Part shown: positions 53,140 through 60,731 of the stretch, piece by piece
How the letters are laid out: each line of letters starts with the position of its first letter
How positions within the stretch are numbered: position 1 is the first letter of the stretch
Source of the DNA: Candidatus Dormiibacterota bacterium
GTDB taxonomy: Bacteria > Chloroflexota > Dormibacteria > Aeolococcales > Bog-877
Reading direction: 5' to 3'
DNA: 64,000 nt
NCBI GenBank assembly: GCA_049790415.1
Contig: JBAQYY010000102.1
Location: 1,069-65,068, forward strand
Made by a program: the position numbers and the translations under genes
Notes under the pieces: generated by a model
Told to the model about the DNA's origin: nothing
The model's database searches: none
What the model saw: the letters and a program-made list of their open reading frames with translations, nothing else

Positions 53140-54273
53140 ATGACTACTGGTAGTGGCTCAAGATACCGCATACCACAGCATCTGCTCCCCGAGGACGGCC
53201 GCTTTGGTTGTGGCCCCTCCAAGGTACCGGCTCCCGCAGTCGACGCCCTGGCCAGCGCCGGCCGCGAACTGCTAGGTACCAGCCACCGTCAACTTCCCGT
53301 CAAGCAGCTGGTGCAGCGCGTGCGGGAGGGGATAGCCAGCTTGCTCGGTGTGCCCGATGGCTACGAGGTCATTCTGGGTAACGGGGGTGCGACTTCCTTT
53401 TGGGACGCCGCCGCCCTGAGCCTGGTCGAGCGTCGAAGCCAGCACCTGGTCTTCGGTGAGTTCTCCTCAAAGTTCGCCGCCGCGACTAGGGAGGCGCCCT
53501 TTCTTGAGACCCCGGAAGTCATCGAGTCGGAGCCGGGCACCCATCCTCTTCCCCGGGCCAGTTCGGACGTCGACGCCTACTGCCTGACCCAGAACGAAAC
53601 CTCAACCGGCGTAGCCATGCCGCTGGCGCGGACGGGTAGCCCGGACCAGCTGGTGCTGGTGGACGCGACCTCGGCCGCTGGTGGACTGCCGGTAGAGATG
53701 GCGGCTCTCGACGCTTACTACTTCTCGCCGCAGAAGTGCTTTGCCGCCGAGGGCGGGCTCTGGTTGGCGGTCCTCTCCCCCGCCGCCCTGGACCGGATTG
53801 AGCGGGTCGAGAACTCTGATCGCTGGATACCGGCCTCGCTAAGCCTCCGCTCGGCCACCGAGAACTCGAGGCAGAACCAGACCTCCAACACCCCGGCGAT
53901 TGCCACTTTGTTTCTCTTAGCTCACCAGATCGAGTGGAGTCTGGAGATGGGCGGGCTGGACTGGGCGGTGGCTAGGTCGCAGAGTTCGGCGAAAACCATC
54001 TACGACTGGGCCGAGGCCCGGGAGTGGGCCTCGCCCTTCGTCGCTCGTCCGGAGCAGCGCAGTTCAGTAGTGGCCACCATCGACCTCGCCGACGAGATCC
54101 CCGCCAAGGAGGTCTCGGCCATCCTTCGGGAGAACGGGATCGTTGACACCGACTCCTACCGCAAGCTTGGTCGCAACCAGCTCCGGGTCGGCCTCTTCCC
54201 CGCCATCGAGCCCGAGGACGTGGGTCAACTCACCCGATCCATCGACTGGGTCGTGGAGGCGCTCCAGGAATGA
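53140..54273 (+). CDS. serC: Phosphoserine aminotransferase (SerC, actinobacterial short type)
   Basis: MTTGSGSRYRIPQHLLPEDGRFGCGPSKV... ~377 aa, class V aminotransferase-like. The start is only 12 bp from the divergent aspC start. The track ORF 52660..54273 includes a non-coding 5' extension through aspC. Confidence 0.8.
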   Translation: MTTGSGSRYRIPQHLLPEDGRFGCGPSKVPAPAVDALASAGRELLGTSHRQLPVKQLVQRVREGIASLLGVPDGYEVILGNGGATSFWDAAALSLVERRSQHLVFGEFSSKFAAATREAPFLETPEVIESEPGTHPLPRASSDVDAYCLTQNETSTGVAMPLARTGSPDQLVLVDATSAAGGLPVEMAALDAYYFSPQKCFAAEGGLWLAVLSPAALDRIERVENSDRWIPASLSLRSATENSRQNQTSNTPAIATLFLLAHQIEWSLEMGGLDWAVARSQSSAKTIYDWAEAREWASPFVARPEQRSSVVATIDLADEIPAKEVSAILRENGIVDTDSYRKLGRNQLRVGLFPAIEPEDVGQLTRSIDWVVEALQE

Positions 54274-54341
54274 GGCCCAACTGACGTCATTGTCACGGCT
54301 GAGCTCGTTTTGGGGGTCTGGGCCGGTAGATACTGGAGCTG

Positions 54342-55322
54342 GTGGGAAGGCGACCCTTGGATAAGGGTAGCGTGGATTTGGACGCGGCCAGCCAACTGAC
54401 CCCGGAGGTTGCTTGGGAGGCGCTCACAGCGGATCGCGAAGGCACTGATCCGCGAGCCCTCGAGAGCCTGCGCCCCTGGCTGGTAGCCCGGGCGCTCCGC
54501 CTGGTCAACGACCGCCAGCTGGCTGCCCTGGTCGCGCAGCAGGTGCTGGTCGATCTGACCGCCAGGTCAGGGCAGGCGATCCGCTCCTCCGAAGAGCTCG
54601 AGCAGTGGCTCACCGTTCGGGTGGCCCAGACGGTGGCTCTCTTCACCGGCAGCATGGCGGTCGGGGCGGGGACTACCCCTCCCGTCTCCTCCAGCATCCC
54701 CTCGGCGCTTGCGCTGGGAGGCGGCTGGCGATTGGCCGCCTGGACGCGGCGCTTGCTTCCCCGGCGGAGGATCCGCTTGCCCGTCCCCGTTGCCACCTCC
54801 TTGGCGGCGGGCCTGGCAATTCTGCTTGTTGGGTCGGCGCTAGCGACGGGCTATGCCCTCGGCTCGCACCCCCGCAGCGGTGGCCCAGGAACGCCGAACA
54901 GCCAATCCGGCGGCAGTGTCCCCGTGGTGATTCCACCGGGAACCCAGCTCGCCGTTCCTCCCCCCACTCCCCCGACGTCCCCGGCACCCCTAGCCACGTC
55001 CATTACCACCTTGCTGGCGTCTCCCCCTGGGCCGTCTGTTCCGATCACCACAGTTGGGAACTCGGTACCCCCACCACCGCCGGTCCCCGTCCCACCCGGG
55101 CCGGTGCCCCGACCGCCCTGCCCGCAGCCGACCAACCCCACCACCGCGGGATGGGGGTCACTAGGCTGGAGTGGTGGAAATTCGCAGGGCCACACAGGAG
55201 TACCTGACCTACCTAGCAGTGGACCGGGCCCGCAGTGGTCAAACGATCCGGGCCTACCAAATCGACCTGAACCAGGCGGTCCAGTTCTGGGCGGCTCTCA
55301 AGGACCCTGCGGACGACACTAG
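54342..55322 (+). CDS. Hypothetical single-pass membrane protein with an extremely Pro/Ser/Gly-rich C-terminal region (anti-sigma-like?)
   Basis: A ~150-aa soluble N-terminus, a TM helix (ATSLAAGLAILLVGSALA), then PPTPPTSPAP / PPPPPVPVPPGPVPRPP low-complexity sequence. The last 150 nt overlap the xerC-like gene in another frame, so the true 3' end is uncertain. Confidence 0.35.
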   Translation: MGRRPLDKGSVDLDAASQLTPEVAWEALTADREGTDPRALESLRPWLVARALRLVNDRQLAALVAQQVLVDLTARSGQAIRSSEELEQWLTVRVAQTVALFTGSMAVGAGTTPPVSSSIPSALALGGGWRLAAWTRRLLPRRRIRLPVPVATSLAAGLAILLVGSALATGYALGSHPRSGGPGTPNSQSGGSVPVVIPPGTQLAVPPPTPPTSPAPLATSITTLLASPPGPSVPITTVGNSVPPPPPVPVPPGPVPRPPCPQPTNPTTAGWGSLGWSGGNSQGHTGVPDLPSSGPGPQWSNDPGLPNRPEPGGPVLGGSQGPCGRH

Positions 55323-56115
55323 CCAGTTAAGCCGCGACATGGTCCGCGCCTATCAGCGCCACCTCGGCCAAGTCGGCCTGGCACTGAGTTCTCGGGCCCG
55401 TCGCCTGCAAGCGCTGCGGGGGTTCTTGCGCTACGCGCTGCGCGAGAGTTGGATCGGAGAAGACCTGGCGGCCCATATCGACATACCGCGCATCTCGGCG
55501 CCCCTACCCAAACCCCTCAGCACCACCGAGGCTCGCCTGGTCCTTAACTACGACCACGGCAGCGAGGAAGCGGGACTCCGTGATGCCGCCCTCATTCACT
55601 TTCTGATGAGTACCGGCTGCCGTATCTCGGAGGCGCTCTCGGTCAAGCGCACCCAGATCAACGCCGAGGGGCGGCTGGTGGTGCGGGGCAAGGGTTCGAA
55701 GGAGCGGATGGTCCATCTCACCCCGCAAGCGACTCAGGCCGTGCGGGCTTACCTGGATGCCCGACATGACCGCGAGTCGGCTCTATTCCTCAACTACGAC
55801 CGCTCGTCGGTAGCCCGGGGCAAGCGCGAGTTGACTAGTGCGGGAGCCCGTCACATCGTGCGGCGGGTGCGCCTCGCGACCGGGGTGGAAGGCCTCAAAT
55901 CTCCCCATGTTTTACGGCATACAACCGCGACTGAGCTGCTGACCATCACCGGCAACGTCCGCCTCGTCCAGGAAGTGCTTGGCCACGCCAACCTCAACAC
56001 CATGCAGGGCTACACCAAGGTGGTCGACTCGGCTCGAGTGGCCGCCTACGCGGAGCTGGCCGATCGCCTCGAGCAGCCGCGCAAGCTCAGGGAGAAGGAG
56101 TCGCCGCCGGGGTGA
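55171..56115 (+). CDS. Tyrosine recombinase XerC/XerD family
   Basis: N-terminal core-binding domain (EYLTYLAVDRARSGQTIRAYQIDL), then the catalytic R...K...HxxR...Y set: GCRISEAL, RGKGSKERMVHL, LRHTTATELL, HANLNTMQGYTKV. Confidence 0.8.
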   Translation: MVEIRRATQEYLTYLAVDRARSGQTIRAYQIDLNQAVQFWAALKDPADDTSQLSRDMVRAYQRHLGQVGLALSSRARRLQALRGFLRYALRESWIGEDLAAHIDIPRISAPLPKPLSTTEARLVLNYDHGSEEAGLRDAALIHFLMSTGCRISEALSVKRTQINAEGRLVVRGKGSKERMVHLTPQATQAVRAYLDARHDRESALFLNYDRSSVARGKRELTSAGARHIVRRVRLATGVEGLKSPHVLRHTTATELLTITGNVRLVQEVLGHANLNTMQGYTKVVDSARVAAYAELADRLEQPRKLREKESPPG

Positions 56116-56833
56116 TGAAGATTGTTTCCAAAAAAAGCTTGAATGTGGTGGCCCCGCTCTTGGGGGGAAGGTTCGCCTCGATGAGAAAGGCAAGTGCGGG
56201 CTGGGCTTGAAACGCCACTGAGGCCTTGTACGCGTCGGCGTCGGTGTAGCGCACCAAGGACGCAGTGACTCCGTAGATCTGGACCGAAGTGACGCCACTC
56301 TGGCTGGCGCCAGCCGGGGCGGCCGCCGGGAGCTGCCCAGTTGACGCTTCGGTATAGAAGGTGAGCGTTGCTCCTTGGGGTCCATTGAAGACGACCGGGC
56401 CCGAGCTTGCCTGATCAAAGGTCCAACCGTTCGGGTACATGACCGACCAGGGGACATTGCCGGCCCCTTCAAAGATCTGAAAGGTCAAGGTCGAGGTGTA
56501 CTGCGGATCGGAGGTGATCCAGCCGATTTGGGTGGCTCCCTGCACCTTCCACCATCCACCGGCCGCTGGAGTCGGCGATACCAGAGGAAGGGAGATCGCC
56601 TGGGGGATTACCCCTACCACCGCCGCCGACGCCGATGGGGCGCTGCGAAAGTTGACTCCCAGGGGAGCGATCACCGTCACCGCGGTGGGGACAGTGCTAG
56701 GACTGGGAGTGACCCGGGGCGTCAGTTGGGCCGGTGTAGGTGTGGCGGGTCCGGCGCCGCAGCCCACCAGCACCTCGACCGTCGCGACCAGGACGACAGA
56801 CAAAACAACGGCTGCAGCACGACCCTGCACCAT
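56087..56833 (-). CDS. Putative lipoprotein (hypothetical)
   Basis: Signal peptide with a lipobox (VVLSVVLVATVEVLVGCGAG), a Pro/Thr-rich linker, then a ~180-aa globular domain. No recognisable family. Confidence 0.5.
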   Translation of the reverse strand: MVQGRAAAVVLSVVLVATVEVLVGCGAGPATPTPAQLTPRVTPSPSTVPTAVTVIAPLGVNFRSAPSASAAVVGVIPQAISLPLVSPTPAAGGWWKVQGATQIGWITSDPQYTSTLTFQIFEGAGNVPWSVMYPNGWTFDQASSGPVVFNGPQGATLTFYTEASTGQLPAAAPAGASQSGVTSVQIYGVTASLVRYTDADAYKASVAFQAQPALAFLIEANLPPKSGATTFKLFLETIFITPAATPSP

Positions 56834-56865
56834 GTGGCTCAGGCTACTCCTTGCCTGAGGGCTAG

Positions 56866-57711
56866 CTAGCCGGTTTGGGCGCCTGCCCGACTGAGCTGCT
56901 GCAGAGCCGTTCGCAAGGCTGCGGCCGCTTGAGCGGCTGCCTCGGCGAAATCTTCTCCGCTGGAGGCGTGGCCGATACCTCGCGACGAATTGATGAGGTA
57001 GACCCCACTGCCACCGTTCCCCTTGGCAGCACGAACGGCCTCCCCCAGATCAGCTCCCTGGGCACCGGTTCCGGGGATCAGGATGGGCAGATCGACCGCC
57101 ACCTCGCGGATACGAGCGATCTCGGTGGGCCAAGTGGCGCCTGCGACCAACCCCAGGTTGCCGCGGCTGTTCCATTCCACAGCACGGCGGGCCACTTCCA
57201 GGTATAGGGGGTGAGGCGGTGCGCCAACGGAAAGATCTTGCAGGTCCTGGGCGCCCCGGTTGCTTGTCCTACAGAGGATGAAGGCGAAGCGGTCTTCCCT
57301 GGCCAGGAAGGGTTCCAGTGAATCCGCTCCCAGGTAAGGACTGACCGTGCAGGCGTCAGCCCCCAAGTAGTTGTAAATCGCCTCGGAGTAAGCGACGGCG
57401 GTGCTACCGATATCGCCCCGCTTGGCATCGGCGATGACGGGTGCATGTCGGCCCGCGGCCTCCACCACCTCGGCGAGGACCTCGAATCCCCTTCCCCCAA
57501 AGCGCTCGTAGAAGGCCAGGTTGGGCTTGTAGGCGGCCGCGAAGGGCGAGGTCGCCTCGACCACCGCCAGGCTGTGAAGGCGGACCGCTTCAATACCCTC
57601 CCCCAGGGATTTGGGGATCTGGTCGGGGTCGGGGTCCAAGCCCACGCAGAGGGCAGCCCCACGATCGGCGATTGACTCAGCTAGCCGTTCCCGAAAGGGA
57701 CCACGACTCAC
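56866..57711 (-). CDS. pyrF: Orotidine 5'-phosphate decarboxylase (type 2)
   Basis: AAYKPNLAFYERFG...PVIADAKRGDIGSTAVAYSE is the DxKxxDIxxT active-site motif, at the type 2 PyrF length (~280 aa). Confidence 0.85.
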   Translation of the reverse strand: MSRGPFRERLAESIADRGAALCVGLDPDPDQIPKSLGEGIEAVRLHSLAVVEATSPFAAAYKPNLAFYERFGGRGFEVLAEVVEAAGRHAPVIADAKRGDIGSTAVAYSEAIYNYLGADACTVSPYLGADSLEPFLAREDRFAFILCRTSNRGAQDLQDLSVGAPPHPLYLEVARRAVEWNSRGNLGLVAGATWPTEIARIREVAVDLPILIPGTGAQGADLGEAVRAAKGNGGSGVYLINSSRGIGHASSGEDFAEAAAQAAAALRTALQQLSRAGAQTG

Positions 57712-57902
57712 CAGGACGTGCGCGAAGTGCTCGTCTGGGCCGCTCCCGGAGACTGCGGCGCGTAGGGGACGGAAATCCGGTCGTGCTCGGTCTGCATGCA
57801 GCCGGGGCAGAGCGAGGTGAGCTCGCCATCCAGCAGCACAGCGGACAAGCGATAGATGGGGAACTCCCGGTCACAGTTGCCGCAGTGGCGCATCCATGGC
57901 AT
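57708..57902 (-). CDS. Small Cys4 zinc-ribbon-like protein (hypothetical), translationally coupled to pyrF
   Basis: 64 aa with CGNC...CPGC pairs. ATG 57902. The stop overlaps the pyrF start by 4 nt. Weak evidence only. Confidence 0.3.
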   Translation of the reverse strand: MPWMRHCGNCDREFPIYRLSAVLLDGELTSLCPGCMQTEHDRISVPYAPQSPGAAQTSTSRTSW

Positions 57903-57947
57903 CTCCAGTTGGCAATTCTAGGGCCTGATATGCTCAGCCAGCGGTCG

Positions 57948-58024
57948 CGGGGAGTAGCGCAGGTGGTTAGCGCACCAGTCTGGGGGACTGGGGGTCGCAG
58001 GTTCGAGTCCTGTCTCCCCGACCA
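57948..58024 (+). tRNA. tRNA-Pro (anticodon GGG at 57982-57984), CCA encoded
   Basis: Hand-folded: acceptor CGGGGAG/CTCCCCG (perfect), D arm GCGC-AGGTGGTTA-GCGC, anticodon stem CCAGT/ACTGG with loop CTGGGGG, variable GGGTC, T arm GCAGG-TTCGAGT-CCTGT, discriminator A, CCA. Confidence 0.9.
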
Positions 58025-58539
58025 CCGATTTGAGCTCAGCATCACGTCGGCAAGGTCTCGGATGAGCGCTAGCGAGGCGACGCTGACGGCGTAGGCGAGG
58101 GGCAGCGTGCATGTTCATGGCGATCGCTGCGGTGGCCAGCGACGCCAATTGGCAGCGGCGATCTCTCCGACGCCAACGTCAAGCCGATCAGCGTTGAGGA
58201 CTTCTAGGAGACGGAGAGGACCATGACGCTCAAGGAGCTCTCCATATGAGGCCTGGGTTCAACCGAGTGCTGAGCCACGAGTCTCCGCTGTCTCAGTCGC
58301 TACAGTTGGAAGGAAATCTCGCATCAATTGCCTCGAAACGCCGGAAACGCGCTGGGACGGTTCGTGTCCGCGATGGCGTTCGACCGGTCAAACTTGGATC
58401 GCTCGGCCGACGGCTTCATTGGTATCTTTGACTACGAGGAGCTCCACCTGTACCTGAGCAGCCGCGGTATCAAGTCGAGTTGGCCCGTGTCGGTCGGCAT
58501 CGCGTATCGCGTGAGTCTCGGCTCTGCCGGAGGGTCGTT

Positions 58540-59370
58540 GTGATCGACCGGCCAGCCGCGCTTGCGGCTCTGCCGGAGAGTTACGGTCCGCTCTTCGATC
58601 GTGCGGCGGCTGTGTTCGAGGCGGACGAGCGAGTCCGGGCGATGTGGCTGCACGGCGCGCTGGCACGCGGCCAGGCGGATGCGGCTTCCGATATGGACAT
58701 CTTGATCGCGATTTCGGACGACACCTTCGAGGGTTTCGCCGCCTCGTGGCGAGACTGGCTAGCCGCGATCACGCCAACCCTCACCGCCCGCCCTCTCTCG
58801 CCGGGCAGTTTTTACGCGCTGACCCAGTCCTGCGAGCGATTCGATGTCGTCGCTGAGGCGGTCGGCAAGCTACCTGCCACGTCGCACAGGAGGCGGCTTG
58901 TCGTCTTCGATCGCGACGGATTGAATGACGTGATCCCGCCGCCGGCCGATCCACCGCCGGACCCCGCAGTCATCACATACCTGATCGAGGAGGCGCTACG
59001 GCAGGCGGCGAACTTCCCCACCGTCCTCGTCCGCGACGACTGGCTGATGGGCGTCGTCGCGGTCCAGCAGGTCCAGATGTTCCTATATCAACTGTTCGCG
59101 GAGTCGAACAAACCTGCGCCCGCGACCGGCCCAAAGCAGTGGAGCTTCAAGCTGACTCCTGCCCAGCGCCAGGTTCTCTCGGACTTGCCAACGGCCGCGC
59201 CGTCTCCGGACTCGGTCCTGGCGGCACGCGAAGCTACCTTCACCGTGTTCTTTCGCGAGGCCCCGCCGATCGCCCTCCGCAACGGAGTGCCCTGGCCCTC
59301 CGCCTTGGAGCAAGCCGTCCGCGACTACCTGCGTGAGCAGGGAGCCCCGCTCCCGGACCGAGCGGACTAA
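58540..59370 (+). CDS. Nucleotidyltransferase-domain protein resembling aminoglycoside nucleotidyltransferases ANT(3'')/ANT(9) (AadA-like) with a DUF4111-like C-terminal domain
   Basis: ERVRAMWLHGALARGQADAASDMDILIAI fits the hG[GS]...DhD polymerase-beta-type NTase motif at the AadA-like position, at ~276 aa. GTG 58540 is preferred over the track start 58480. No antibiotic function can be asserted from sequence alone. Confidence 0.55.
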   Translation: MIDRPAALAALPESYGPLFDRAAAVFEADERVRAMWLHGALARGQADAASDMDILIAISDDTFEGFAASWRDWLAAITPTLTARPLSPGSFYALTQSCERFDVVAEAVGKLPATSHRRRLVVFDRDGLNDVIPPPADPPPDPAVITYLIEEALRQAANFPTVLVRDDWLMGVVAVQQVQMFLYQLFAESNKPAPATGPKQWSFKLTPAQRQVLSDLPTAAPSPDSVLAAREATFTVFFREAPPIALRNGVPWPSALEQAVRDYLREQGAPLPDRAD

Positions 59371-59567
59371 GGAACCACCCCCAGCCGCTGCCCGCAGCGG
59401 CTGAGAAGAGTGTCTGTGGCTCCTTCCGGCGTGAGGGGAGCTGACAGCACAACTGAGGGCAATCCCGCGGGACGGGCGCGCTTGGTTGCGGACTTCGGCG
59501 GACGTAGTCGCCAGGCCACTGAACGCACGTAGCAACGAACAGGTCTCGCCGGACGATTCGTACGGAT

Positions 59568-59612
59568 CTGGGGACCTGGGTGTCGCAGGTTCGAGTCCTG
59601 TCTCCCCAACCA
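59568..59612 (+). repeat. Direct repeat of the 3' end of tRNA-Pro (25/25 identical core TCGCAGGTTCGAGTCCTGTCTCCCC plus similar flanks), a candidate att-type duplication bounding a ~1.6 kb islet
   Basis: Compare 57996-58024 with 59583-59612. The downstream 15 nt are also similar (CGATTTGAGCTCAG vs TGATTGAGATCAG). At only ~45 nt it is too short to be a tRNA. Confidence 0.6.
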
Positions 59613-59685
59613 CTGATTGAGATCAGAACCAGGTGGCGCGGCGACGAGCCGATCGTGGCGGCTGCGACGCCGCCCGTGCCCGGGC

Positions 59686-60199
59686 TCAAAGGAGCGATGC
59701 CAGGTAGTCCTCGAGCTTATCGAAGCTCGCCTGCTGACCATCAATGGCGACCGCCGGATCATCGCGGTGCCCTGGGGCGTGCTGGAACATTGAGTCGAGA
59801 CTCGCCTGGTCCCTGAAGGCAAGCACGGTCGTCATCGTCGTGACGCCATCCAGCTCTTGCAGCGTCACCGTCTCCACGGCCTCGGCTTCCGGCCTCCCGT
59901 CGAACACCCAGGTGTTGACCAACCTAGTCGGTCGCTCGATCTGGAGGAACGTGCCGTGAAAGGAGCACTTGGCGCCACCAGCGATCACACCCACGTAGCG
60001 GTAGTCCCCACCGACCCGCAGGTCGATCTCGCAGACCTCGAGACCCTCGTCTCCGCCGGTGAACCAGACGGTCACGTGCTCGGGCTTCGTCAATACGTCG
60101 AAGAGCAGCTCGGCGGACGCGTCGAACTTCCGGGTGGTCAGCATCTCGCGGTCGCTCGGGAACTCGAGCGTGGCCGAGCCATGTCGATTGATCGTCACT
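59686..60199 (-). CDS. SRPBCC superfamily protein, AHSA1 (activator of Hsp90 ATPase homolog 1-like) domain
   Basis: VTINRHGSATLEFPSDREMLTTRKFDASAELLFDVLTKPEHVTVWF...RLVNTWVFDG is an AHSA1 (PF08327)-like pattern. GTG 60199 with a GGAGAGGA RBS. Its start overlaps the arsR stop (GTGA). Confidence 0.65.
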
Positions 60200-60524
60200 T
60201 CTCTTCCTCTCCTTGTTGTAGCTCGCCGAGATAGTCGTCCAAACGGTCCAGGTGCTCCTGGTACTTCGCCAGCCACCCGTAGAGCGGCTGGAGGCGGTCA
60301 CGATCCAGTCGGTAGTAGCGACGCCGCCCCTCCGCGCGGCATTGCACCAGGCCCACCTCGCTGAGCACGCGCAGGTGCTTGGAGACCTGCGGCTGGGAGA
60401 TCGACAGCCCGTCAACGATCGCCCCGACCGGCTTCTCGCCCGCCAGCAACGCGTCGAGGATGTCGCGGCGGTTCGCTTCGGCGATCGCGTTGAATACGTC
60501 GGACGTGGTGGCGGCTCGTGCCAT
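60195..60524 (-). CDS. ArsR/SmtB-family transcriptional regulator
   Basis: FNAIAEANRRDILDALLAGEKPVGAIVDGLSISQPQVSKHLRVLSEVGLVQCRAEGRRRYYRL is a winged HTH of the ArsR family. ATG 60524 is preferred over the track start 60551. Confidence 0.75.
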   Translation of the reverse strand: MARAATTSDVFNAIAEANRRDILDALLAGEKPVGAIVDGLSISQPQVSKHLRVLSEVGLVQCRAEGRRRYYRLDRDRLQPLYGWLAKYQEHLDRLDDYLGELQQGEEEK

Positions 60525-60533
60525 GCCGCAATT

Positions 60534-60553
60534 ATATGCCGCTCTCGGCATAT
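60534..60553. promoter_or_regulatory. Perfect inverted repeat ATATGCCG-CTCT-CGGCATAT 10 nt upstream of the arsR ATG, a candidate ArsR operator
   Basis: 8-4-8 palindrome read directly from the sequence. ArsR/SmtB regulators typically autoregulate via an inverted repeat overlapping their own promoter. A TATAAT-like hexamer (TATAAT read on the minus strand at 60531-60536) overlaps it. Confidence 0.5.
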
Positions 60554-60731
60554 GTCAGTTGTGCGAGGCACGCCCCTGCCGGGCGGCCTACCAGGAGACC
60601 CCGGGACACTCATACGGGTCGACCTGATCGAAGACGTTGGCAAACACGGACCGCCGGCCTACCCACCCGGCGGGTGCCTGGCATTGCCCGAGATTGTGTG
60701 ACCACTTCTGGAGCAGCATGATCTCCTGACC

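Noticed and set aside
57708-57902. Treating the 64-aa Cys-rich ORF upstream of pyrF as a confident gene
   Set aside because: Kept only as a low-confidence feature. There are no homology anchors, and small Cys-containing ORFs arise by chance in high-GC sequence. The ATGA coupling to pyrF is suggestive but not sufficient.
59566-59612. Possible second tRNA-Pro gene
   Set aside because: Only ~45 nt match the tRNA (3' half: T arm and acceptor). No acceptor 5' strand, D arm or anticodon arm can be folded. Interpreted as a direct repeat/att remnant rather than a tRNA.
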